Shown here in pieces: positions 24,548 to 36,702 of a DNA stretch of 64,000 nt. Each line of letters begins with the position of its first letter. The first letter of the stretch is position 1. The notes beneath the pieces were generated by a model. That model saw only the letters and a list, made by a program, of their open reading frames with translations, had not been told where the DNA came from and searched no databases. The translations under genes and the position numbers were made by a program. This stretch comes from Octopus sinensis. Its lineage: Eukaryota. Where the stretch lies: positions 42,284,001 to 42,348,000 of the forward strand of contig NC_042999.1 in assembly GCF_006345805.1 (NCBI RefSeq). Direction: 5' to 3'.

Positions 24548-27370
24548 TTATAGCTTTTGTTGTTTCTTCATCATCTCTTCTTCTTCTTTGTGTTTATTAG
24601 GTGGTATGATTTCTTGTTTGTATTTGTCAGCTTCCTTAAATACTGAGAACAGTTTTTTGTTTTGCTCGTGTTTTGCTGCTATCTGGATCAGTTTTCCTTC
24701 CTTCTGAAGTAGATATTTTTGCAGTCCTATGGTGGTTATTTTATAGTAGTTTTCCAGCTGTATAAGGCCTCTACCACCTTCTATACGTTGTATATATAGT
24801 CTTTCTATGTCAGATTTTGGGTGATGCATCCTAGATCCTGTCAGTATTTTTCTTGTTTTCCTATCTATTTTGGACAGTTCATTTCGCGTCCAGTTAAGGA
24901 TATTGTAGCTGTAACTTATAACTGGGACAGCTAAAGTGTTGATACCTATTATCTTGTTTTTAGCATTGAGCTCTGTTTTTAGTATTGATCTAACTCGTCT
25001 ATAATATTCTTTTTTTATTTTCTCTTTCATTTGTGTGTGTTGTGTCTTATCTAGTTCATGGATTCCTAAGTATTTGTAAGTTTGGCTTTGGTCTAATTCT
25101 TTTATTTCATTGGTTTTATCTAGTGTGATGTTGTTACTCTTAACTAGTTTTCCTCTTTTCATGGTTACTTTGGCGCATTTTTCTAATCCAAATTTCATAT
25201 CTATTTCTTTGGAAAATCCATGAACTGTCTTTAATAGTGTTTCTAGCTGTTTGTCATTTGCAGCGTATAGTTTTAGGTCATCCATATATAAAAGGTGGCT
25301 GATCGTTTTGCCGTAACATTTATATCCGCATCCAGTTCTATTTAGCATATCAGATAGAGGTGACAGTGCCAAGCAGAAAAAGAGGGGAGAGAGCGTGTCT
25401 CCCTGGAATATTCCTCTTCTAATGGGAATGTCTTTGGTTTTCATGAGTCCCTCTTTTGTTTGGAGGTGTAGGACTGTTTGCCATTTATTCATAGAGTGCT
25501 CTATGAATTTTATGGTTGTTGGTGCTACTTTGTTAATGGCTAGTGTTTCGAGGATCCATGTGTGGGGGATGCTATCAAACGCTTTTTTGTAGTCAATCCA
25601 GGCCATACTGAGGCCTTTCTTCTTTCTGTGGCTGTCTTCAGTTACGGCTTCATTGATCATTAGTTGATCTTTACAGCCATATGAGCCCTCGCGGCATCCT
25701 TTCTGCTCTTCTGGGAACAGTTTGTTTTCGTCCAGGTGCTTGTTCAGCCTTTGCGATATCACTGCAGTAAATGCCTTGAACATAGTAGGGAGGCAGGTTA
25801 TTGGTCTGTAGTTTTCTGGTTTTGTTGTTTCATTTGATTTGGGAATTAAGATGGTTTTCCCCTTCGTGAGCCATTCAGGCATTGTCTCTGGCTCTGCTAG
25901 TATGCTGTTAAAGTTTTCAGCCAGCTTTTTGTGCATTCCTGTTAGATATTTCAACCAGAAGTTGGGGATCTTGTCATGCCCAGGTGCCTTCCAGTTGCTT
26001 AGTTTTTGCAGTGCCTGGGTGACCTCTTCAGTTGTTATGGGGGTCCAAAGTTGTTCAGATGCCGAGTTTGTTATTTTCATACTCCTTTTTTTTGGCTGTT
26101 CGTTCGCCGACCATATTTCTCTCCAGAATTCTACCAATTCTTCTGCCGTTGGTGCTGCAGTGACTTCTATTTTATTTTTGCCCAGTTCTTGGTAGAACTT
26201 TTTGGGGTCGGAGTTGAACTTTTTGTTCTGTTCAAAGAAGCGTTGGCGTTTCTCGTACCGGCGGATCCTTTGAGCTTTGGCAAGGATATCTTGCTTCAGC
26301 TTTTCTTTTATCTCCGGCAAATCTTTTTCTGTGATGTTATATTTTCGGAGCATTTTTGTTCTCTTTTTGTTGCTCAGTAGCGTTGCTTGTTTGCTGATTT
26401 CATTAAGAATCGACAGGTATTTTCTAATTTTTTTTATTTTGTTTTGGATGTTATTTATCCACAGGGTTTGTTTGGGTGGTGGTACTCCTGTTTGGGCGGG
26501 TTTGGGTGAGTATCCAGCTTCTTTTGTGGCTGCAGTGGCTGCTGCGTATATCAAGTCATTTAGTTCAGTGATATCACTTTTTTTTGCTTCAGTGGCTAGT
26601 TCAGTGACGGCTAGGTTTATGTTGTTTATGATTGGTGTTGTTATTGCGTTTATTTTTATTCTTGGGAGGTATGGTCGGTGGTCCATTTTGGGCTCTGTGG
26701 TTTTCAGTTCTTTGATTATTTTATTTTTTATATTATCATAATCATTAGGCTCCCCTTCGTTGTTTACATCGTGTTTGTTGGGAATGTTGCGTTTGTCTTC
26801 GTGTTTTACAGTTTCAGTGTTTATATTATTGGGCATTGTTTTGTGGCTTCTATCTACATTTTCCTGGTGTATTTTTTCTTTTAAATGTTCTATTTCTATT
26901 TCTGATATTTTTTTGGCTTTGAGAATGTATCTTCGTACGTTAGCTAATTTATTAGGTTTCATTGCTATATCCAAGTCTATATCTCTATTATTTTCCTTCC
27001 ATATTTTATATGTATGTGTTGTTGTATTTTCATTTTGTGGGTAGAGCATTGCTGTGAAGTATGCGTGTAAGATAGAAATGTATTCCTCACGTGTCCATTT
27101 ACGTCTTTTGGGTTTTATTTGCGGGACATGAGGTACAACGTCCGGCCCATTATTTTGACGGTCGTCATTTTCGTAGGGTACCGGTCCGTTTATTTCTGTT
27201 GTCACATTATTTCGCACGTGTAGTTTTTCGTACATTTTTTGTTGTAGGTTTAATGTACGTACCGCTCGATTGTTATTCTTGGGTTGGATAGTATCGGTGG
27301 CATTTGATTTCTTCGTAGTTCCTTTGTACATGGTGTTTGAGGTCGGGGATGATCGTGTTGTTCCACGCAT
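24548..27370 (-). CDS. R4-clade polyprotein, N-terminal region plus reverse transcriptase (940 aa, ends at frameshift)
   Basis: RT motifs NYRPITCL, WIDYKKAFDSIPH, GIFQGDTLSP, LLYMDDLKLYA, FGLEKC, YKYLG; no internal stop. Confidence 0.95.
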   Translation of the reverse strand: MRGTTRSSPTSNTMYKGTTKKSNATDTIQPKNNNRAVRTLNLQQKMYEKLHVRNNVTTEINGPVPYENDDRQNNGPDVVPHVPQIKPKRRKWTREEYISILHAYFTAMLYPQNENTTTHTYKIWKENNRDIDLDIAMKPNKLANVRRYILKAKKISEIEIEHLKEKIHQENVDRSHKTMPNNINTETVKHEDKRNIPNKHDVNNEGEPNDYDNIKNKIIKELKTTEPKMDHRPYLPRIKINAITTPIINNINLAVTELATEAKKSDITELNDLIYAAATAATKEAGYSPKPAQTGVPPPKQTLWINNIQNKIKKIRKYLSILNEISKQATLLSNKKRTKMLRKYNITEKDLPEIKEKLKQDILAKAQRIRRYEKRQRFFEQNKKFNSDPKKFYQELGKNKIEVTAAPTAEELVEFWREIWSANEQPKKRSMKITNSASEQLWTPITTEEVTQALQKLSNWKAPGHDKIPNFWLKYLTGMHKKLAENFNSILAEPETMPEWLTKGKTILIPKSNETTKPENYRPITCLPTMFKAFTAVISQRLNKHLDENKLFPEEQKGCREGSYGCKDQLMINEAVTEDSHRKKKGLSMAWIDYKKAFDSIPHTWILETLAINKVAPTTIKFIEHSMNKWQTVLHLQTKEGLMKTKDIPIRRGIFQGDTLSPLFFCLALSPLSDMLNRTGCGYKCYGKTISHLLYMDDLKLYAANDKQLETLLKTVHGFSKEIDMKFGLEKCAKVTMKRGKLVKSNNITLDKTNEIKELDQSQTYKYLGIHELDKTQHTQMKEKIKKEYYRRVRSILKTELNAKNKIIGINTLAVPVISYSYNILNWTRNELSKIDRKTRKILTGSRMHHPKSDIERLYIQRIEGGRGLIQLENYYKITTIGLQKYLLQKEGKLIQIAAKHEQNKKLFSVFKEADKYKQEIIPPNKHKEEEEMMKKQQKL

Positions 27371-27629
27371 GTTTACATGTGTTTTGTTAGAGGTGGAGAT
27401 AATATCGAGTCAAAATACATCATTTCGTTTCGAAAATAGTAATAAATTTCAATTAGTATTACTTACTCGGGTATAGTCCAATTCTTTGTTAGTAAATCTT
27501 TGGCTCCATAGGGTGTCCTTGTTTTCGATGTTTGTGGATAGATTTCGGAGCTCTGTATTTTCCTTCTTACATCTTAAACGTCCCCGGTGTCTCCTCTTAA
27601 ACGTCCCCGGTGTCTCTTAAACGTCCCCG

Positions 27630-27745
<116 letters not shown>

Positions 27746-27780
27746 GGACAAAACACTCAGCGATGGTGGTATATAAACGA

Positions 27781-28264
27781 AGGCGTAGGAGTGGCTGTGT
27801 GGTAAGTAGCTTGCTCACGAACCACATAGTTCCGGATTCAGTCCCACTGCGTGGCACCTTGGGCAAGTGTCTTCTACTATAGCCTCGAGCCGACCAAAGC
27901 CTTGTGAGTGGATTTGGTAAACAGAAACTGAAAGAATCCCGTCGTATATATGTATATATATGTATGTGTGTATATGTATGTGTCTCTGTGTTTGCCCTCC
28001 CCCCCCCCCAATATCGCTTGACAACCGATGCTGGTGTGCTTATGTCCCCGTAACTTATATATTTGTGTGTCTGTGTTTGTTCTCCCTCTATTGCTTCACA
28101 ACCAATGTTGTTGCGCTTACGTCCCTGTAGTATAGCGGTTCGGCGAAAGTGAGCGATAGACTAAGTACTAAGCTTACAAAGAATAAGTCCTGGGTCGATT
28201 TCTTCGACTAAAGGCAATGCTCCGGCATGGCCGCTGTCAAATGACTGAAAACAAATAAAAGAAT
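27781..28264 (+). mobile_element. SINE-A, full copy with duplicated start of the 3' module
   Basis: Head, internal (TA)/(TG), two successive CGCTT.ACAACC.ATG..G.TG units, then tail. Confidence 0.85.
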
Positions 28265-28293
28265 GTATATAGATAGACAGATAGTTAGGTAGG

Positions 28294-28403
<110 letters not shown>

Positions 28404-28404
28404 C

Positions 28405-28635
28405 CTATTTCTTTACTACCCACATGGGGTTAAATACAGAGAAGACAAACAAGGACAGACAAACGGATTAAGTCGATTACATCGACCCCAGTGCGTAACT
28501 GGTACTTATTTAATCGACCCCGAAAGGATGAAAGGCAAAGTTGACCTCGGCGGAATTTGAACTCAGAACGCAGCGGCGGACGAAATACCACAAAGCATTT
28601 CGCCCGGCGTGCTAACGTTTCTGCCCGCTCGCCTT
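28405..28635 (-). mobile_element. SINE-C monomer ending in a (TATC)n tract
   Basis: Full head, core and tail AAAGAAATAG followed on the element strand by GTATCTATC... Confidence 0.9.
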
Positions 28636-29238
28636 CATACATAAACAACGTGCGTGTATGTGTGACTGTCTGTGTATGCGTGTATGCGTGTGTGTGTGTA
28701 TACATGTATGTATGTATGTATGTATGTATGTATGTATGTATGTATGTATGTATGTACGTATGTACGTATGTAGGTAGGTAGGTAGGTAGGTAGGTAGGTA
28801 GGTAGGTAGGTAGGTAGGTAGGTATTTAATCATTTAAATTCTTCCTCTGAAGAAGGAGCTGGTTTCTAATAAAGTGGACGTATATCTGTGTGATGGGGTT
28901 AGGTGCTGTTTGTGTCTTTGTGTATTTTATGAGGATTTTACTGTTTATGTACATGAACGCATGCATAGCGTATACGGAAAGATTGGATTAGAAGCCGCCC
29001 GTGAATGAAGCAAGATTAATCCACGGGAAAGTCATTTCACACATCGTTTACTCACTGACTTAATTTCCGTTGTACTCTATAACCTATAGGTGGGTGAGGT
29101 CTTGCAAATTGAATTGCTCTTGAAAAATTTTTTTAATTCTTGAGCAGGAAGCTCTTGGTCCTAACCCAACGACCAACGAAGAGTTCCTGTGCGTCCTTGT
29201 AATGTCAAATACTTGCCCGCGTACAAACACACGCATAT

Positions 29239-29327
<89 letters not shown>

Positions 29328-29341
29328 AAGATAGATAGATT

Positions 29342-29407
<66 letters not shown>

Positions 29408-29934
29408 GAGATAGATAGCTATGTATGTATATATATATATATGTATATATGTATGTATATGCACAAATATACATGTATATATATATATATATATGTATGT
29501 ATGCATACCTGTATGATATATATGTTTGTGTGTCCATATATCTGTACAGATAGATACATACATGCACACATATCCATTTACATGTGTGTGTATGTGTGTG
29601 TGAGAGAGAGGGTGGGGGAGAGAGAGAAAGTGTGTTATAGATTTCGTGTTTTCAACATTCTACATCTTGTTTATGTTCAGGGAATTCCCAACAGTTATAC
29701 GTATTAACTGATTTTGAGTTCTTGATCTTTGATTGGTATGTGTTTGTATGTATGTATATGTGTATATATATATATACATACATACATGTATGTATATTAT
29801 ATGTGTATATATATATATGCATATATATACATACACACACGTAACGTGTATATATATATATATACATATGTACATATATATATATATATATATATACAAT
29901 ATATGTGTGTGTGTATTTGTGTCTGTATGTGTCT

Positions 29935-30130
29935 GTGTGTGTCTGTGTTTTTCCTACCACCATTACTTGACAGCCGATGTAGGTGTGTTTACGTCCCCGT
30001 AACATAATGGTCTGGCAAAAGTTACCGATAGAATAAATACTAAGCTTACAAAGAATAAGTTCTAGGGTCGATTTCTTCGACTAAAGGGTGGTGCTCCAGC
30101 ATGACCACTGATACAAGTAAAAGAATAAAA
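29935..30130 (+). mobile_element. SINE-A 3' module
   Basis: TTGACAGCCGATGTAGGTGTG...GGTGCTCCAGCATGACC. Confidence 0.75.
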
Positions 30131-30238
30131 GAATATATATATGTTTATGTGTATGTATGTATGCATATATATGTGTGTGGATCCATACATGTGTACATAT
30201 ATTTTCAACTATATATATATATATGTGTATGTATGAGT

Positions 30239-30327
<89 letters not shown>

Positions 30328-30734
30328 CGTTTATATGTGTATGTATGCGTATGTATATGCGCATGTATATATCAGTGCGTGTGTTTGAGTTTGTGTTTAT
30401 ACCTCACTACTGCTTTACAATTTTTGCTGGTTTGTTTATGACTCTGTAACATGGTAATTCGACATAAGGGCGGATGGAATAAGTACCAGGTATTAGAATT
30501 TATGTACCGGTGTCAATTTGTTCGACTAAACCCGTCAAGAGAATGCCCCAATGTGGTCACAGTAAAAAAACTGAAACAACGAATTGATAAAAGGTAAAAT
30601 GGCAGACACACACACATATACATGTGTGTGTGTTTTATGTATTTATTCTCATGCATGTACTTGCATTCTGGTCATGCTCATATATGCTTAAATGATAAAC
30701 TTCTGGAAAGTTTTACAGATTTTTACACTTCTTG

Positions 30735-31345
30735 TGTATGTATGTATGTATGTATGTATGTATGTATGTATGTATGCGTGTGTGTATGTGTGTGTGTTTG
30801 TATATGTATGTACGTTTGTATGTATGTGTGTATACGTACGCATACACGTATGCATTCGTACATACATACATACGTACGTACTACATACATACACATATAT
30901 ATAAACGTAGGTACGTCCGTGCATACATACATATGTACGTACATACATACGTACGTACATACATACATATATACATACATACAAACGTACGTACATACAT
31001 ACATAGGTAGGTACATACATTCATACATGCCTACATACGTACGTACTACATACATAATGCCTACATATATACATACATACTGCGTACATACATACGTATA
31101 TACATACATATCTACACACATACATACGTACGTACATACATTCATGCATATATACATCCATACGTACGTACATACATACATATATATACATACATACGTA
31201 CGTATGAACATACATACGTACATACATACGTAAGTACATACATTTATACATATATACAAACAGACATGCATACAAACATACATACATGCGTACGTACATA
31301 CATACATGCGTACATACTTACGTACATACATACATACACACATGT
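30735..31345. repeat. Cryptic (TATG)/(CATA)/(TACG) compound microsatellite
   Basis: Direct reading; source of ORFs 30622-31421. Confidence 0.95.
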
Positions 31346-31649
31346 ATCTTTGTTGGAAACCGGCTCCCTCCTCAGTGGAAGATTGATGATGATTAAAAAT
31401 CAGATGAGACATACATAGCATAATACAATGTTGAAGTCAGTCACGTAGGCATAATATTCTTTAAAACTTTTGTTATCGATGGAAGCCTAGTAAAAATACT
31501 CGTTATCTTTTTTGAATAAATCCGAAGACGCTTCTTTTTTTATTTTTGATTTTGCTATGGAAGACCAATGTGGTAATGAAGTGCAGAAAATCAACTGAAT
31601 CCTTGCATGTGAGATTATTCGAATATACAGACATCAGACATCAAACTAG

Positions 31650-33990
31650 GGTCAGTTATGGCATGAGTTAGTACTAACGGGAGAAACTTCAATGAACAAT
31701 TTGCAGCGAGTGAAAATCCCAACTTTTGAACATTGAATGTTCTGCTATATTGTGCTGCGATTACCATTTGCCAAAATATGAGTGTAGCGGATATCACTCT
31801 CAGGTAAAAAAAACAACCAAAATGGATAACTTTTCTCCGGGTACATACCACCACATTAAAGAAAAATATTAAACAGTTAGACAATTTCATTGAGTGCGAT
31901 ATAGGTTAATAAGAGAACGTAAAGACGGACAAAACACCACTAAGCATTTTGCCGGATATTCCATAATGGCAGCTTATCTGTAATACCTTTTGTACTAGAG
32001 TTGAATCCCTTGTCATCCCTGTTAAGGAAATACAAAGGTCATGTAACAGGAGCTACAAATCATAGAAAAATTAATTTCTGCCACACTTTTTAGTTAATGA
32101 CCTTAAACTGTACTCGATTAATATCCATCCCTGTTAAGGAAATACAAAGGTCATGTGATAGGAGCTGCAAATGATAGGAAAATTAATTTCTGCAACACAT
32201 TTATTTATTTATTTATTTATTTATTTGTTTTTTTTTTTGTTTTGTTTTTTTGGTTAATGACATTAAAGTGTACCCGATTAATATTCATGACACCAAGAAG
32301 CAGTTAGAACTGATCACGACGTTGTCATGTGACGCAGGAACGGGGTTTGGTCAGGACAAGTGTTCACATTTGGTAGCCAAATTGTTAAAGATCACCGACT
32401 AGGCAACAAATATGGATATCAATGGCTCGTCTACCTCCCTCATCACTACTGAGAAATGTTGCAAATACTTTGGAATTGACGAGATTATTGTAGATGTTGG
32501 TGCTGTAAGTAAAGCTAGAGTCACAAAAGAATATTTCATCAGATTTCAGAAGATATGGGAATCAGAGCTGTATGCATTCAATAAAACTATATCTTAAAGC
32601 GGTGAGCTGGCAGACACGTTAGCACACCGGGCGAAATGCGTAGCCGTATTTCGTCTGCCGTTACGTTCTGAGTTCAAATTCCGCTGAGGTCGACTTTGCC
32701 TTTCATCCTTTCGGGGTCGATTAAATAAGTACCAGTTACGCACTGGAGTCTATATGATCGTCTTAATCCGTTTGTCTGTCCTTGTTTGTCCTCTCTGTGT
32801 TTAGCCCCTTGTGGGTAGTAAAGAAATAGGTATTTCGTCTGACTTTACTTCTGAGTTTAAATTCCGCCGAGGTCAACTTTGCCTTTCATCCTTTCTGGGT
32901 CGATAAATTAAGTGTCAGTTGCGTACTGGGGTCGATCTAATCGACTGCCCTCCCCCCTCCTCACCTGCGACGGACCGGCGTCCCGTCCAGGTGGGGAACC
33001 TATACGCCAAGGAAACCGGGAAACCGGCCCTTGTGAGCCAGGCATGGCATGAGAAAGAACAAACAACAATATTACAACAACAAACAAGACAAATGTGGGG
33101 TACTTAAATGATTACGAATGAATTGTGATGTGTGAAAATATAATGATTAAATGGCTTTCTACCTCCAAGCAGAAAGTACCATTTCACTGTTTTTACAATT
33201 AATGTGGTTTGTGTCCTATATGTATCTTTTTTTATATTAAATGATTCAATAACTCTTCGTACGTTACCACAGGTGGTACTTCATCGTATCGAACACGTCT
33301 CTTTGTTATTACTACTCTGCTTCTACATGCTTCTTTCAATCTCGTCGCTCTTTCGCTCTCTAGTAGCACTGCTTTCATAATACTAACCATACAAGCAGAA
33401 GGCTATGCATGTGTGCATATACCGCAAGCTTTAGAATACCAACTGCATTGATAGAAATAGCGGCCTCGCCTGGTGATGCAATGTGCCGATTATGCCATAC
33501 AAATGTGGAAGATATCACTCATATCATTAGTTGCTGTTCAAAAATGTCCATGTCCGTAGAATACTATCTTCGCCTGAGATACAACATTGCCACTAAAACC
33601 GCCTGCTATGTTATTCGCTAGAAGAGTTTTCCAGGTGGCCATACTAAATGCACACCCTAACCAAAAAGTATTCGCAATTTTAAAAATAAATTAATACTGC
33701 TGGAACATTCACGTAAAGACACCAAACTGGTGTAAGTACAACAGACCAGATAGAGTTGTATGGAACGAAGAGCAAAAGTGGTGAATATGTCTGGTGGATG
33801 TGAATGCTTCTTCGAAAATTGGAAAGAATGAACATCTGTAAACGTACTTATCTAACAACAGACTGCGTAAAAGACTGTAAGTACATGGACTCTCCAAAAA
33901 CTACGAAGCAAACTCATTTGAAATCTCCAGATAAATCGATTAGATGAACAGTAAAAATTGTAAAACGTATCAGAGATTTTTCATTTGAAG
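31650..33990 (+). pseudogene. Old R4-clade retrotransposon fossil, internally deleted and interrupted by SINEs
   Basis: Fragments ENPNF*TLNVLLYCAAIT, LLRKYKG...FLVNDLKLY (duplicated), FGQDKC, KYFGI...KEYFIRFQKIWESEL, CRLCHTNVEDITHIISCC, NRPDRVVW...VDV. Confidence 0.75.
32598..33060 (+). mobile_element. SINE-C dimer fused to a tail-2 fragment
   Basis: Full monomer, junction AAAGAAATAGGTATTTCGTCTG, right monomer, then CACCTGCGACGGACCGGCGTCCCGTCCAGG. Confidence 0.85.
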
Positions 33991-34004
33991 TATCTGGGCA
34001 AAAT

Positions 34005-34440
34005 AGGCGTAGAAGTGGCTATGTGGTAAGTAGCTTGCTTACCAACCACATGGTTCCGGGTTCAGTCCCACTGCGTGGAACCTTGGGCTAGTGTCTTCTA
34101 CTATAGCCTCGGGCCGACCAAAGCTTGTAAGTGGATGTGGTAGACGGAAACTGAAACAAGTCCGTCGTATATATGTGTATATATGTGTGTGATCGCGGGT
34201 TCGAATCTCAGACCGGGAGATGTGTGTGTTTATGAGCGAAACACCTAAGCTCCACGCGGCTCCAGCAGAAGGTAATGGCGAGCCTCTGCAGACTCTTTTG
34301 TCACAGCTTTCTCTCACTCTTTCCTCCTGCATCTTGCAGCTCACCTGCGACGGACCGGCGTCCCGTCCAGGTGGGGAACCTATACGCCAAGGAAACCGGG
34401 AAACCGGCCCTATGAGCCAGGCATGGCTTGAGAAGGGACA
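34005..34440 (+). mobile_element. SINE-A 5' module followed by SINE-D1 body with tail-2 variant
   Basis: 34005-34170 matches the SINE-A head; 34195-34440 matches the reverse complement of 53165-53440. Confidence 0.8.
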
Positions 34441-34619
34441 AGAAAGAAACAAACAAAACTCCAAGTAATACTTTCACTCAAACAAAAGAGCTTTGCACAT
34501 TGTCCGAATTCTGCAGGAGAAAATACTCGACCAAGAACGTGCCTGTCTAGGCATGAAAACATAGTGAACTAAGACAAAAAGCAAAAGCCATCCTCAATTC
34601 TTAGTAACTGATATAATAT

Positions 34620-34935
34620 GGTGAAGGTGCGTAGCTTAGTGGTTAGGGTATCCGGCTCACGATCGCAACGTTGTGAGTTCAATTCCCGGCAACGTGTTGT
34701 GTCCTTGGGCAAGACATTTTATTTCAAGTTGCTCCAGTTCACTCAGCTGGCAAAAATGAGTAGTATCTGTGTTTCAAAGGGCCAGCTTTGTCACAATTTG
34801 TATCACACTGAATCTCCCTGAGAAACACGTTAACGGTACACGTGTCTGTGGAGTGCTCAGCCACTTACACGTTAATTTCACGAGCAGGCTGTTCCGTTGA
34901 TCGGATCAACGTCGTAACCCACGTCGTCGTAACCG
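34620..34935 (+). mobile_element. SINE-D2 with tail 1
   Basis: Head TAGCTTAGTGGTTAGGG...GAGTTCAATTCCC, TGTGTCCTTGGGCAAGACA motif, tail 1. Confidence 0.85.
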
Positions 34936-35015
34936 TTATGATATGCCAGTTATAATCTGAATATGATCTGAAAAAGATTTGGTTGTTATTTCTTGCATAT
35001 CAAGCGATCACATAC

Positions 35016-35087
35016 TACACGTTTCAACTTTAGCTCGAGGAGCTTCTTCATGAGTGTTTATGATGCGAATTCTGTAACGTTTCTTAT
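35016..35087 (-). CDS. Candidate internal exon (72 nt, phase 1-1) KKRYRIRIINTHEEAPRAKVETC
   Basis: T-rich acceptor ttttgtatttaag, donor gtatgt, single open frame; no homology recognised. Confidence 0.3.
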
Positions 35088-35187
35088 CTTAAATACAAAA
35101 TTAATACAAAAAAAAGCAACTGAAGTTTTCTCTTACACAACACCACTTGTTTATAATATATCCCATCATCCACTCCCAACTCTTTGC

Positions 35188-35236
<49 letters not shown>

Positions 35237-35895
35237 GTTCTATCACACTCACTCTCTCTGTTCCTCTTTATCTCTCTCCATTCCCTTTAGTCTCAATATT
35301 TCTTCCGTCTTGTGTGTTTCTTTTCTCTAGTTTCGCATTTTTATTTTCTTTCCTTTCTTTATTTTCTTCCTTCCAGGGTTTTCAAAGTTTTATTTTCATT
35401 CATTTGTTTTATTTTCATTCCATCAACGTTTCTTTTTTTATTATTTTATTTTTCTTTATTTCTCTTTTTCTTTCTCTACATATTTGCTGTTGCGTTCGTT
35501 TTTGCGCGTTTTATATATCAAGAGAATTGCAAAAAAAAAACAACAAACAAAAAACAAAATACATCAGCAAAAAGAAAAACTAAAAAATACACAAAAAAAA
35601 ACACAAAATACACGCAATGTACCAACAGCTTGTGTTGTGAACGTTATGTGTGTGCGCGTGTGTGTGTGTGTGTGTGTGTGTGGCATGTGTGTGTATATGT
35701 ATACATACATTATACATATATATATATATCTATATATATATATATGTATGTGTATGTACATATATATACATCTACATAAATATGCTTAAATATTATAAAC
35801 ATATATATATATAAACATTATATATATTATATATATATATGCATATATATACATATATATATATGCATATATATATATGCATATAGATATATATA

Positions 35896-35947
<52 letters not shown>

Positions 35948-36241
35948 TATATGTATGTATGTATGTATTTAGTTATTTATGTATGTATGTATGTATGTAG
36001 TATATAGTATAGTATATAAGTAACCGTGTGTAAACATAAATGCATACATTTACACAAAATGCAATCACGCACGTGCACTCCGATGTATAGATGTGCTACT
36101 GTAAGCTACGAGAAAAATTCCATAGATTTTGTAATTGCTCTGAGTGGAGAACGATTTGCTCTAACACTTTTTTGATTCTTTCATCATCCATCTATCTAAC
36201 TATTTATCACTCTAACTCTCCATCCACCTATCTCTACCCCT

Positions 36242-36244
<3 letters not shown>

Positions 36245-36285
<41 letters not shown>

Positions 36286-36459
36286 ATCTGTCTATCTATC
36301 TATCTACCTAACTATCTATCGCCTCATCCACCCACCTACCTACCTATCAATCTTCCAACCCAGCCATCCTTCTTGGTTTATCGATATATCTGTCTGTTTA
36401 GACAGACAGACAGACAGATAGACAGACAGCCAAATAGACAGACAGAGAAACAGACAGAC

Positions 36460-36502
<43 letters not shown>

Positions 36503-36508
36503 AGATAG

Positions 36509-36559
<51 letters not shown>

Positions 36560-36607
36560 GCAGACAAATAAATAGATAGACAGACAGACAGAAAGATAGA
36601 TAGATAT

Positions 36608-36652
<45 letters not shown>

Positions 36653-36702
36653 TAGATAGATAGATAGATAGATAGATGACAGACAGATAGATAGATAGAT
36701 AT
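36245..36702. repeat. Compound (TC)n/(TATC)n/(GACA)n/(GATA)n tract at the Tx1 3' flank
   Basis: Direct reading. Confidence 0.95.

Larger units (their letters stand above)
23626..27629 (-). mobile_element. R4-clade (Dong-like) non-LTR retrotransposon, apparently full length, inserted in (TAA)n
   Basis: Single long ORF with N-terminal RRKWTREE motif, RT, CCHC finger and RLE; (TTA)n at 23597-23625 and (ATT)n at 27630-27745. Confidence 0.9.
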
